From NCBI GenBank assembly GCA_965205015.1, contig OZ242029.1, positions 3,072,001 to 3,136,000 of the forward strand: a stretch of DNA of 64,000 nt. The letters run 5' to 3'. The number at the start of each line of letters is the position of its first letter. The stretch's first letter is position 1. Origin of the DNA: Candidatus Poribacteria bacterium. GTDB lineage: Bacteria > Poribacteria > WGA-4E > WGA-3G. Below the pieces are notes generated by a model. It did not search any database, was not told the origin of the DNA, and was given only the letters and a program-made list of their open reading frames with translations. This document shows positions 48,294 through 57,818 of this stretch, piece by piece. A program made the position numbers and the translations under genes.

Positions 48294-50057
48294 CTATCCT
48301 TCCGGTTGTTCCTTAAAGCGGTGTGCTTCACTTACAAGGTTGAGCAACTCTTCGTTCCTCACACTGTGTTCCCGAGTTTTCGCATCAAGGTCCGGTAAGA
48401 CCCCTTCAAGCGTTTCACGGACAATTTCTAAGCTTCCCTCTTGTGCCCAGAAACTGCCTCGTAGGATTTCGGCGAACTCGGCAACAGAAGCAGCCAATTG
48501 GAACGTAGGTGTTGTCTCTTCAAATGAACCCTTCAGCGCATCTGTAGAGATCGACGTGTTAACCTCTGTTACGTTCCCTGTGTCCGGATCTTCGTGCCGG
48601 ATAGAAACTGTAGCGAGTTTACCGACTGCATTTTTGTGGAGTTTAATCTCATAAAGTGCAGTGACGCTATGCCCTGCCCCAACTTCGCCAGCATCTACGG
48701 TGTCATCACGGAAGTCTTCATGCGCGAGTCGCCGGTTTTCATACCCCAGCAGCCGAAACCGACTGACAGTTTCTGGGTTAAACTCGACCTGAATTTTGGC
48801 ATCTTTCGCAATGACTTGCAGTGTGCCAGTCAGATTCTCTACAAAGACCCGCTTCGCCTCGTTCAGCGTATCGACATAAGCATAACTCCCATTTCCGTTG
48901 TTTGCGAGTTGCTCCATAAGGATATCGTTGTAATTCCCCATCCCAAAACCGACCGTCGTCAGCGTTACGCCTTCCTGAACGTAGGTACGAATTTCTTTGA
49001 GGATCGCATCGGAACTGGTTTGTCCGACGTTAGCAACACCATCAGAACACAAAATCACGCGATTGATGCAATTGGGTTCTGAATTCTGGAGAGCAAGTTT
49101 ATATCCCATCTGCAGCCCTGCCTCTGCATTCGTTGCGCCTTCTGGTGTGAGGGCACGGATTGTGGTTAAGATGTGTTCCTGATTCACTATGCCGGTATGC
49201 GGCAGAACGACTCGAGCATTGGAACCGTAAACGACGATACCTACCTTGTCTTCGGGACGGAGTTGCCCGACCAAGAGGGTTAACGCTCGTTTTACCAACT
49301 CCAACCGATTTTCCTTATGCATTGAGCCGGAGACATCAATGACAAAGGTAAGTATCGCATCCTTTCGATCGGTATCAGGAATAACGCGACCTTGGATGCC
49401 GATTCGCAGCAATTGCAGTCGCTTCCCTTCGCCAAATTTTGAAGGCGCGCCTTCCAGATGAACAGCGAATGCCTCGTTTGCTGGCGGCGTATAATTGTAA
49501 TCAAATGCGTTAACAAATTCTTCAACGCGTATCGCTTCCGATGGTGGCAAAAGCCCCTCTTGGAGGAAACGTCGAGCGACGGTATATGAAGCGGTATCTA
49601 CATCCATACCAAATGTTGAAAACGGATCGTCCTCTGTATCAATGAAGGGATTGGTGCCAGCATTTTTAAAGAAGACATCGGGATAGGCAGCACCGTTTGG
49701 TGGGTTTAATATCCACGGTGTATGTAATGCCTCTGTTTGTTGTGAGCGCGGGGTGCTACTCGCTACACTGGGAATCTTCGGATGGGGCGCGTGCAATCCG
49801 GCCATCGGACGGGGTTGTACCGCAACCTGTTCTACGACAACAGAATCCGCTATAGGGACAGTCGGTTTTATGACAGGTTTGACAACCTGCTTGCGTACCT
49901 TCGGTTTCGGTGGCTCTTTAGCCAGAAGTACTTCTGCTCCGATAAGGTCTTTGAATTGCTGATCTTGTGCTATGAAATGGAAACCGGCAATAATAGCAAT
50001 AACGACGTGGCACACGACTGAGATCACAAATGCGCTTGAGAGTTTTTTGAGACGCAT
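48294..50057 (-). CDS. YfbK-like vWA protein with N-terminal TM and Pro/Lys-rich linker
   Basis: STFGMDVDTASY, RVEEFVN, DVSGSM MIDAS, IAKDAKIQVEFNP, LLGYENR; start MRLKK after GGAGG. Confidence 0.9.
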   Translation of the reverse strand: MRLKKLSSAFVISVVCHVVIAIIAGFHFIAQDQQFKDLIGAEVLLAKEPPKPKVRKQVVKPVIKPTVPIADSVVVEQVAVQPRPMAGLHAPHPKIPSVASSTPRSQQTEALHTPWILNPPNGAAYPDVFFKNAGTNPFIDTEDDPFSTFGMDVDTASYTVARRFLQEGLLPPSEAIRVEEFVNAFDYNYTPPANEAFAVHLEGAPSKFGEGKRLQLLRIGIQGRVIPDTDRKDAILTFVIDVSGSMHKENRLELVKRALTLLVGQLRPEDKVGIVVYGSNARVVLPHTGIVNQEHILTTIRALTPEGATNAEAGLQMGYKLALQNSEPNCINRVILCSDGVANVGQTSSDAILKEIRTYVQEGVTLTTVGFGMGNYNDILMEQLANNGNGSYAYVDTLNEAKRVFVENLTGTLQVIAKDAKIQVEFNPETVSRFRLLGYENRRLAHEDFRDDTVDAGEVGAGHSVTALYEIKLHKNAVGKLATVSIRHEDPDTGNVTEVNTSISTDALKGSFEETTPTFQLAASVAEFAEILRGSFWAQEGSLEIVRETLEGVLPDLDAKTREHSVRNEELLNLVSEAHRFKEQPEG

Positions 50058-50128
50058 CGTCCTATACCTCCAAAAGTTTTTATTCTCGTTTGAATGTTCA
50101 CTACATTCTACAAACTTTATAAGGTATG

Positions 50129-50144
50129 AGCAATTTACGTGCCA
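50129..50144 (-). promoter_or_regulatory. sigma54 promoter upstream of vWA gene
   Basis: TGGCACGTAAATTGCT. Confidence 0.7.
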
Positions 50145-50257
50145 TGCCCAGAAATGCCCGATACAGGTAATTTCCGAGTGGCACAACCGTGAATTGCCCG
50201 AAATTGTGCAAACGGATGCGTGCATTGCACAAAATAGGACAGGCAGGAATCAATGGA

Positions 50258-50971
50258 TTAGGCTCTCCCATAAACCGGGATCGCGGCACCGTTGATGACG
50301 GCTGCGTCATCGGAAGTCAGGAAACATATCACCTTGGCGACATCGGCAGGTGCTACCCACCGGTCGTGTTCCTCGTCCGGCATAGATTCCCGATTCGCGG
50401 GGGTATCCATCACGCTTGGCATAATGGCGTTGACGTTTACTCCCGAATCCATCACCTCAGCAGCCAACGACTCGGTCAAGGTGCGGACGCCGCCTTTAGA
50501 GACACAATAAGCACTCAATCCCGCCTCACCTTTTAATCCAGCGCGTGCAGAGACGTTGATAATCTTGCCAGAGCCGCGTTCTGTCATGTGCGGTATGACT
50601 GTTTTGCAACACAGAAACACCGATTTGAGGTTAAGGTTCATCATGAAGTCCCATCGGCTCTCTTCAAGTTCTGCGGTGGGGATTCCACCGACAAACCCGC
50701 CAACGATGTTCACCAAGATGTCAAGATGACCGAATTTGGATAAGAATTCCTCAACGGTCTTCTGGACCTCGGCTTCCTCGGTGACGTTCGCAAAGAGGAA
50801 GGTAACGTCTTCAAAGATATCCGGATTGAACTCTTTGAAACGTTCCACTTCGTCTTCAAACAGGTACGTGACAGCGACGGTGTCGCCTTGGGCGAGATAG
50901 GCTTTGGTGACGGCACTCCCTAATATGCCTGTGCCGCCGGTAATGAGGACATTTCGGTTCTGTTTTGTCAT
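50258..50971 (-). CDS. Short-chain dehydrogenase/reductase
   Basis: TGGTGILG; YCVSK; NLKS. Confidence 0.92.
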   Translation of the reverse strand: MTKQNRNVLITGGTGILGSAVTKAYLAQGDTVAVTYLFEDEVERFKEFNPDIFEDVTFLFANVTEEAEVQKTVEEFLSKFGHLDILVNIVGGFVGGIPTAELEESRWDFMMNLNLKSVFLCCKTVIPHMTERGSGKIINVSARAGLKGEAGLSAYCVSKGGVRTLTESLAAEVMDSGVNVNAIMPSVMDTPANRESMPDEEHDRWVAPADVAKVICFLTSDDAAVINGAAIPVYGRA

Positions 50972-51027
50972 TTTTAAATTCTCCGTTTGTTTTAGTAGTT
51001 GTGTGTATAACTGTGAGTGAGAATGTT

Positions 51028-52023
51028 TCACATAACCCCGATGCCGGGTCGGTTTGGTAGTATCAATTGACCCTTATCAAGGGTAACACCGGTGTGGGGA
51101 TCGTTCGCAATGAGCAGATGGCCATCCAGATCGGCATAGTCTACGAGAGGCGTCAGGTGTGCGGCGGCGGTGATACCGAGCGAACTCTCTATCATGCAAC
51201 CGATCATGACGAGTAAGCCGTGTGCGCGTGCAACGTTTATCATGCGATGCGCCTCAAGCAACCCACCACACTTGACGAGTTTGATATTGATGCCATCAAC
51301 ACACGCAGCAAGAACCGGAATATCACTTGCGCGTTTGACGCTTTCATCGGCAATAATCGGCAGTTCCGAGTGTTCTCGGACGAACTTGAGTCCGGTGAGA
51401 TCATTGGGTTGTGTGGGTTGCTCGACTAATTCTACACCATACTTGGCAAGTTCGCGAATCTTGCGGACGGCCTCCTTTGGTGTCCACGCCGTATTGGCAT
51501 CTACATAGATAGGTTTATCCGTGACCTCGCGGAGTTTCTGAATTATCTCAATATCTTGCGGTGTCCCGAGTTTGACTTTCAGGATCGGATACGCTTCGGT
51601 ATGTCGTGTCTTCTCTGCCATTATCTCAGGCGCATCCAGTCCAATGGTAAACGATGTACAAGGGGTCTGATGCGGATTGAGCCCCCAGAGTTGATAGAGC
51701 GGAACGCCAAGTTTTTTACCGAGTCGATCGTGGAGTGCCATATCAATAGCGGACTTCGCTGCGTAATTGCCGCCGAGCGTCGCTTCAACGATCCCCATCA
51801 CATCGTGGATTGCATCCAGGTCCTTGGGAAGTGCCGGTGCGACAATCTCCAGCGCAGCGCTAACTGTTTGGACGGTTTCGCCGTAAAACCGAGCGGGTGC
51901 CGTTTCACCGATGCCACCATCAATCTCTACAGAAATCACCTGTCGGGACGCATCTATCGCACGCCGCGCAATCTTGAACGGGTGCTGGAGCTGTAAATTT
52001 GTGATGTTAGAGACAATGTTCAT
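51028..52023 (-). CDS. L-Ala-D/L-Glu dipeptide epimerase (enolase superfamily)
   Basis: KVKLG, DAN, EQP, DES, NIKLVKCGG, GCMIES, DLDG. Confidence 0.9.
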   Translation of the reverse strand: MNIVSNITNLQLQHPFKIARRAIDASRQVISVEIDGGIGETAPARFYGETVQTVSAALEIVAPALPKDLDAIHDVMGIVEATLGGNYAAKSAIDMALHDRLGKKLGVPLYQLWGLNPHQTPCTSFTIGLDAPEIMAEKTRHTEAYPILKVKLGTPQDIEIIQKLREVTDKPIYVDANTAWTPKEAVRKIRELAKYGVELVEQPTQPNDLTGLKFVREHSELPIIADESVKRASDIPVLAACVDGINIKLVKCGGLLEAHRMINVARAHGLLVMIGCMIESSLGITAAAHLTPLVDYADLDGHLLIANDPHTGVTLDKGQLILPNRPGIGVM

Positions 52024-52100
52024 TTTAGAGTCATCGGTTATCGGTTGTCAGTTATCGGTTACTATCGTCAACGGTTATCTATTTGCGTTGACAACGCCTT

Positions 52101-54344
52101 CTACCTTTGCTGCATTTCTTTTGCGTATGCCATAAACCGCTGTTGTTTTTCTGCGGCAATTTCTCCATCGTTCTTTAGGAAAGTCCACGCCCCGAAGAAG
52201 ATCGCATGTGCTTCCGACGCGATGGAAGCGTTCGGATGATTCAAAGATCGGATTTCAAGTATCATCGCCATTTTGTTTGTCTGCTGGATTTCAGGGGTCG
52301 TTCTGTCTTGAACGGTAACAATCGGGGTTTCATAGAGGGTCCTATTGAACCGTTCCAATATCCGTTTTAGAAACATCTCTGTGCCTTGGTTACCCCGATA
52401 ATGTGCCGCAGCCACAGTGGGTTGCTCTTTATCCCATTCGGCGTGATTAATTTGCAAATAGTACCCGCTACCCTTGATAGCGTTAACCGTCTCTATCCGT
52501 TTTTCAACAGACATTTTTGATCCGAAAGTATAAATATTATAAACCTTTGCCCCGGCGAGTTTCAACATCTTTTCCAATCTTGTGATGAGCTTCTGTGTCT
52601 CAGGTGTATCCGTTTGTGAATCGAGCACAATGACGGTCGAGGCAAACGCCCCATCTGCAATCGGGTGAAGTCCGACATCAACGACTGTCGCTTGATTTTG
52701 TCGAATGTGAATCCTACGTTTATCTGGATAATAGCCTGCTTTGGAGATGTGAAGTGTTGTGTCACCGAAACCCTTACCAGTTGTGATAAAAAAGTGTCCC
52801 TCGGCATCTGTCGTCGCCGTCAATCCCGAATCGGTTTGTAATTGTGCGTCTTGGAGTGGTTTTTTAATTTTTCTTTGCGGTTCGCTGCGGTGAGTTTTGG
52901 CATCTGATGTGCCATTCCGTCCAGGCTCCCTCGATTTTATTACGGGGTGTGTATTTTGGATTTTGGGAGGAATATGGGAAACTTGACCTTGCACAATCGC
53001 GTCGTTGATCTCCGCGAAGTGAATTGTCAACGCCTGACGCGCCTGTCGATATGAGGCTTCTACTGTCGCTGTGCCCGGCGTATCAGAGGCGTATAGATAA
53101 AACTGTGCCGAGCCGTTCTTTGAAAGTTGACACGCCTCTGTGAGTGTCCCGTTCGACGTTTGTGCGTGGATCGGTTCATCGTCCGCAATTGGCATCCCCT
53201 CAATGTCTTGTGCAGTTACAGAGATACCAACGTAGCTTTTCCCATCAGCAGGGAGAGTCTCTGTCCACGCGTTGAGATCCAACGCCGCTGCAGGGGGTGC
53301 CACCTTAAACCATTGCGGTGAAGGGAGACTGTGATTTCCATAATAATTCACCAATTCGGTCTGCACAAGATGCACGCCATTGGATAACGGTTTCTCAATG
53401 GAGACAGTAATCTGATCTGTCCCGGGATCGTAGTCGTGGGGGACATTCACATTATCAACCTTAACTCGGATGGCGTCAGTGAAGACCTGTTGACGTTTGA
53501 GCATCCACGCGCCCCGCTCATGGAGCCCATCCATCACCTGAATCCGAAGGCGCGGGGTTTTCGTTTGGGTGACAGAGGCGTGTTGCGGTTCTATCAGAAC
53601 ACCTTTCGGAAATCCGCCTTCAACGTAACGGGCAATCCCCAAAAAATAACCGTATGCCTCCTTTCTCAGATAGTCGTCCGCTTTCAGTCTCGCCTCTTCC
53701 TCTGGATGTGAGAGAAAAGAGGCTTCACACAAAACCGCTGGACATTCGGTCAGTCGCAGGACTCCAAAACCGGAAGTCGTTACTAATTTATCTGAGTAAA
53801 GTCCGGATGCAGGAGAGGTCGGCAATTGGAGTGCGTCTGAGACCCCCAGCTGGACATACCGAGCGAGGTCAAGACTCTGGCGTGAGTCATCCGCGTCGCC
53901 GTGATACCAAGTAGAGGTATAGTTAACTTTCGGATTATTAATCCCATTATGGTGCAGCGAGATGAAGAAATCAGCGCTGTTTTCGTTGGCAATTTGGCTG
54001 CGCCTCGCCAGACTCACATAAGCATCATCAACGCGCGTCATAATAACGGTAGCCCCGACTTGTTGTAACATCTCGCGTAGGTGGGAAGCTACCCGTAGAT
54101 TAATCTCAGCTTCGCGAACGCCTGTTGGACCCCGCTTGTAATCCGGTATGTGCCCTTGTCCGCCATGTCCGGGATCCAGGCAAATTGTGAAACCTTTGAG
54201 ATGCCGAGCATAAGGAGGCGGTTCAAAGTGAAAAGGGAGTTGTTGTTCCACAGGTTCTTGACGTTGGGAACAACCCGCAAGTAGCAGAAAAACCAAAAGG
54301 AATTTTAATTTTTCCTTGCGGTTCGATGCGGTGGGTTTTGACAT
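52101..54344 (-). CDS. N-acetylmuramoyl-L-alanine amidase lipoprotein with Ig-like domains and probable degenerate C-terminal amidase domain
   Basis: Lipobox LAGC; LDPGHGG, EAEIN, ISLHHN, VLCE. Confidence 0.88.
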   Translation of the reverse strand: MSKPTASNRKEKLKFLLVFLLLAGCSQRQEPVEQQLPFHFEPPPYARHLKGFTICLDPGHGGQGHIPDYKRGPTGVREAEINLRVASHLREMLQQVGATVIMTRVDDAYVSLARRSQIANENSADFFISLHHNGINNPKVNYTSTWYHGDADDSRQSLDLARYVQLGVSDALQLPTSPASGLYSDKLVTTSGFGVLRLTECPAVLCEASFLSHPEEEARLKADDYLRKEAYGYFLGIARYVEGGFPKGVLIEPQHASVTQTKTPRLRIQVMDGLHERGAWMLKRQQVFTDAIRVKVDNVNVPHDYDPGTDQITVSIEKPLSNGVHLVQTELVNYYGNHSLPSPQWFKVAPPAAALDLNAWTETLPADGKSYVGISVTAQDIEGMPIADDEPIHAQTSNGTLTEACQLSKNGSAQFYLYASDTPGTATVEASYRQARQALTIHFAEINDAIVQGQVSHIPPKIQNTHPVIKSREPGRNGTSDAKTHRSEPQRKIKKPLQDAQLQTDSGLTATTDAEGHFFITTGKGFGDTTLHISKAGYYPDKRRIHIRQNQATVVDVGLHPIADGAFASTVIVLDSQTDTPETQKLITRLEKMLKLAGAKVYNIYTFGSKMSVEKRIETVNAIKGSGYYLQINHAEWDKEQPTVAAAHYRGNQGTEMFLKRILERFNRTLYETPIVTVQDRTTPEIQQTNKMAMILEIRSLNHPNASIASEAHAIFFGAWTFLKNDGEIAAEKQQRFMAYAKEMQQR
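52861..52960 (-). repeat. CCGCAAGG element, copy 5, in frame inside the amidase
   Basis: ...CGAACCGCAAAGAAAAATTAAAA; translated as KIQNTHPVIK...EPQRKIKK. Confidence 0.7.
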
Positions 54345-54418
54345 TTGACGGACCTTTCCGTATATCCGCTCTCCATTTCATTACGAGTTACGCGTTCTGG
54401 TTTTTTAATTTTTCCTTG
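54303..54418 (-). repeat. CCGCAAGG element, copy 6, plus an extra 3' end (54401-54418)
   Basis: GTAACTCGTAATGAAATGGAGAGCGGATATACGGAA...CGAACCGCAAGGAAAAATTAAAA; contains the amidase ATG. Confidence 0.8.
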
Positions 54419-54883
54419 TCACTGACGGTTGGTGGCTGACCCTTGCCTTGTTCGGCGTGCTTTCGGACGGCCAAGGATCTCGGAAAGAATGATGCCTTGG
54501 CGAAAAGTTTGCGGCGACAAGTTCAGCAGTGATGTCGCTGGGACAGATCGCGTCTTGGTTGGCGAATCTACAGGCACTGGCGGCGGTTGGGGACCCGGTG
54601 TCTCAACAACCGGATCGGGGTTCTCCGGTTCAGGAGGTATGGGTTCTTCGACGGCCGGCACATCCTCTTTTTCATCCTGCTGCTGAATCATCTGCTCTAA
54701 TTGCGTCTCAAACGGGAAATCTTCCATGAAAGGAGGGGGTGTATCCTCGCTCTCCGCCATTGCACGCTCGTCCATTCCTCTTTCAACCTTCTGTTGCTGT
54801 GCTTTCCGCCGCCGCGCGTTGCTCAAGATAGATATCAGAATCACGATAATCAGGGGTGCCAGCATCTGGATGATACTTTCCAT
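54419..54883 (-). CDS. Hypothetical membrane-anchored protein downstream of floA
   Basis: N-terminal TM; Pro-rich; C-terminal RQGIILSEILGRP. Confidence 0.8.
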   Translation of the reverse strand: MESIIQMLAPLIIVILISILSNARRRKAQQQKVERGMDERAMAESEDTPPPFMEDFPFETQLEQMIQQQDEKEDVPAVEEPIPPEPENPDPVVETPGPQPPPVPVDSPTKTRSVPATSLLNLSPQTFRQGIILSEILGRPKARRTRQGSATNRQ

Positions 54884-54884
54884 G

Positions 54885-54972
54885 TTTTAATTATTCCTTG
54901 CGGTTCGGTTAGCGGGCGTAGGGTTTTAATGTTGCTTTCCGTATACCCGCTTTCCACTTCGTTTCAAGCTAC
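54885..54972 (-). repeat. CCGCAAGG element, copy 7
   Basis: Ends CCGCAAGGAATAATTAAAAC, followed directly by ATG 54883. Confidence 0.8.
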
Positions 54973-55106
54973 GCGCTTTTTCTAAAAAGTGTGCTAAAAT
55001 CCGTAAAGGTATTGACAACTTTAGAACACTTCCTAACTTTAGAACACTTCGAAACTCTACAGAGACTTTAAAACTTCCCGACGACTGAAAACCGACACCC
55101 TTTTTC

Positions 55107-56138
55107 CTATGAAAATCCGAGCGAGTGTGCAGACCGCGTTGTGTCTATCTCTTGCGTGCCACCGGGTGAAGCGATCGACTGACGCATCTCTGTATCGGCG
55201 AGGATATTACGGAGTTCGTAATACGTCATCACACTCATCCGCTGAGAATCAAAGGTGTCCGAAATGGCAAGTGGCACCTCGGCTTCTGCCTCGATGAGTT
55301 TGACGGTCATCTCTTCAACTAACGCTTTCTTCTCTTCCTCTTCGGCTTGTGCGCGTGCGCGACGTTCCTCCGCTTTCGCGCGTGCGATCTTGAGTTCAGC
55401 CTGCGCTTGATCGGTCTGTAATTTCGCACCGACATTCTCACCAACATTTATATCGGCGATGTCAATAGACAGAATTTCGAAGGCAGTTCCCGCCGCTAAA
55501 CCCTTTGCGAGCACCGTCTCTGAGATGAGGACCGGGTTTTCTAAAACCTGCTTATGACTCCCCGATGAGCCGATTGTCGTAATAATCCCTTCACCGACCC
55601 TTGCCCGGATCGTGTCTTCAGTTGCGCCGCCGACGAGTCGATCAATATCGGCTCTCACCGTAACACGCGCCTTCACGATTAACTGGATACCATCACGCGC
55701 AACAGCGGTGATACCAGTGGTCGGGTCATCTCGACTCGGGATGTCTATAATCTCAGGTGTAACGCTGACCTGCACGGCTTGCAGGACATCTCGACCTGCG
55801 AGATCAATTGCGGCAGCCTGCGCGAAACCGAGATCAATGTTGGCTTTGTCGGCGGCAATCAGGGCAGATACGACACTCGCCACGCGCCCTCCGGCAAGGA
55901 AATGTGCCTCCAGATCGTCAAGAGATAGATTTAATCCTGCTTTCGTTGCGTTGATCTGAGGTTCTACAATCACAGCGGGTGGAACACGCCGCAAACGCAT
56001 TGCAACGAGGTCAAAAATCCCGACCCTCACACCTGCCGCGATCGCAGTAATCCATAGACCGATCGGAACGAGCCAACTAATAATGATGATGAACAGTATA
56101 AGCAGGACGGCAATAATTGCGATCATTGTTGGTGCCAT
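55107..56138 (-). CDS. floA: Flotillin-like FloA/YqfA, paralog 2
   Basis: [46 protein letters not shown]. Confidence 0.88.
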   Translation of the reverse strand: MAPTMIAIIAVLLILFIIIISWLVPIGLWITAIAAGVRVGIFDLVAMRLRRVPPAVIVEPQINATKAGLNLSLDDLEAHFLAGGRVASVVSALIAADKANIDLGFAQAAAIDLAGRDVLQAVQVSVTPEIIDIPSRDDPTTGITAVARDGIQLIVKARVTVRADIDRLVGGATEDTIRARVGEGIITTIGSSGSHKQVLENPVLISETVLAKGLAAGTAFEILSIDIADINVGENVGAKLQTDQAQAELKIARAKAEERRARAQAEEEEKKALVEEMTVKLIEAEAEVPLAISDTFDSQRMSVMTYYELRNILADTEMRQSIASPGGTQEIDTTRSAHSLGFS

Positions 56139-56140
56139 GT

Positions 56141-57046
56141 TTACGATTCCTCCGTATTAACGTTCAAGTTCCCTTCACGGAACGCGTTTGCCAAAGAACG
56201 CGGGACTTGCGCTTCCGCTTCAACGACTTTCGCACGCATCTCTTGGACGCCTGCAGTCATCTCCTGTTTCCGAGCGACTGCCATAGCCCGTCGTTCTTCT
56301 GCTTTCGCTTGTGCGACGACCAAGTCAGCCTCCGCTTGTTCGGCTTGGAGTTCCGCACCGATATTTTTGCCAACGTTGACGTCAGCAATATCAATCGAAA
56401 GGATTTCAAAAGCCGTTCCGGCATCAAGTCCGCGGTCAAGCACCGTTTTCGAGATAATGTCAGGATTTTCAAGGACATCTTCATAGGTTTCAGAGGCACC
56501 GATTGCGCTGATAATCCCTTCACCGACGCGGGCGATGATCGTTTCTTCCCCCGCGCCGCCGACGAGCCGATTGATGTTCGTACGCACCGTAATACGGACG
56601 GTGGTTATCAATTCAACGCCATCTAAGGCGAGCGCACTGATTTTCGGGGTCGTGATCACCCGTGGATTGACGCTGACCTGAACCGCCTCAAAGACATCCC
56701 GTCCAGCCAAGTCTATAGCAGCCGAACGTTGAAAATTCAATTCAATTCTCGCTTTATCTGCCGCGATGAGCGCACTGACCACATTGAGGACGTTGCCACC
56801 CGCCAGGTAATGCGCCTCTAATTCGGCGGTCACGACCTTCAATCCCGCCTTGTGTGCACTGATTAATCCCTTCACAATGATATTCGGGTTCACGCGTCTG
56901 AGGCGCATCCCGATCAAGTCAAAAATTCGGAGAGGAACTCCCGCTGCTACAGCGGCAATCCACAGTCCAACGGGGACGAACCAGAAGAACACGATGATAA
57001 AAATGAGAACAACAAGGGCAATTCCCCCCGTAAATATATCTATCAT
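56141..57046 (-). CDS. floA: Flotillin-like FloA/YqfA, paralog 1 (shorter C-terminus)
   Basis: Same motifs; ends AFREGNL.. Confidence 0.88.
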   Translation of the reverse strand: MIDIFTGGIALVVLIFIIVFFWFVPVGLWIAAVAAGVPLRIFDLIGMRLRRVNPNIIVKGLISAHKAGLKVVTAELEAHYLAGGNVLNVVSALIAADKARIELNFQRSAAIDLAGRDVFEAVQVSVNPRVITTPKISALALDGVELITTVRITVRTNINRLVGGAGEETIIARVGEGIISAIGASETYEDVLENPDIISKTVLDRGLDAGTAFEILSIDIADVNVGKNIGAELQAEQAEADLVVAQAKAEERRAMAVARKQEMTAGVQEMRAKVVEAEAQVPRSLANAFREGNLNVNTEES

Positions 57047-57159
57047 ATCTGTCTCCTACGAATCGTTTTCAGTTTTCAGTTTTCAGTTTTCAGTTAAAAG
57101 AGAGTTGCCAGAGTTCTAATATCTCTTGTAACGGATTGCTAACGGCTGATTGCTGACGG

Positions 57160-57645
57160 CTATTGCAAACTACGGACTACGACACGACTGCCTTCTACAA
57201 AAATTACTTCGATTTCCGTTTCTGCGGGAACAAAGTCGCCTTCCGTGACAATATCAACACGGTGTCCACTGATAAGAGCAGCCCCTGCCGGACGGAGCGG
57301 TGTCAAGGTCTTACCAGACTTTCCAACTAAATTTTCCAATTCCGACGGAGGTGCGTGGAACCCCTCTGCCTTGTTTTGCGTTTTCCCCAAGATAAAGGTT
57401 TTACCGGCAGGCGTCTCACGCATGACCGATAGCCCGACAATCGCGAGTGGGATAACGCCTATCAGCGTTGCCCCTGTATATGTTAGTGCCATCTGGAATC
57501 CGAATTCCAACCAGGCGACCCCGACACCTATCACTATAAGGATCCCGCCCGGCACGCCTGCTGCCCCGAATCCGGGAAGAATGAGCAACTCAACGAATAC
57601 TAACAGAATTCCAATGCCTATCAGGAAGATGAGAAACCAGAGCAT
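57160..57645 (-). CDS. Short NfeD family protein
   Basis: ELLILPGFG; G.TLTPLRPAG OB-fold. Confidence 0.88.
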   Translation of the reverse strand: MLWFLIFLIGIGILLVFVELLILPGFGAAGVPGGILIVIGVGVAWLEFGFQMALTYTGATLIGVIPLAIVGLSVMRETPAGKTFILGKTQNKAEGFHAPPSELENLVGKSGKTLTPLRPAGAALISGHRVDIVTEGDFVPAETEIEVIFVEGSRVVVRSLQ

Positions 57646-57663
57646 AGGTGTTCCTCCAAACCG

Positions 57664-57744
57664 TTTTTTAAATGTTCCTTGCGGTTCGGTCAGGTGTATT
57701 ATGCGTTGGGCACTTATTTACGTATATCCGTTGTTGCAGGCTAC
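57664..57744 (-). repeat. CCGCAAGG element, copy 8
   Basis: GTAGCCTGCAACAACGGATATACG...CGAACCGCAAGGAACATTTAAAA. Confidence 0.78.
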
Positions 57745-57818
57745 GTGTCTGGTAGAAAGTTTTAAAGTGTTCTAAAGTTTGTAAAGTCTCAAGCGCGTCT
57801 CATTAAACTTTCGTCACA

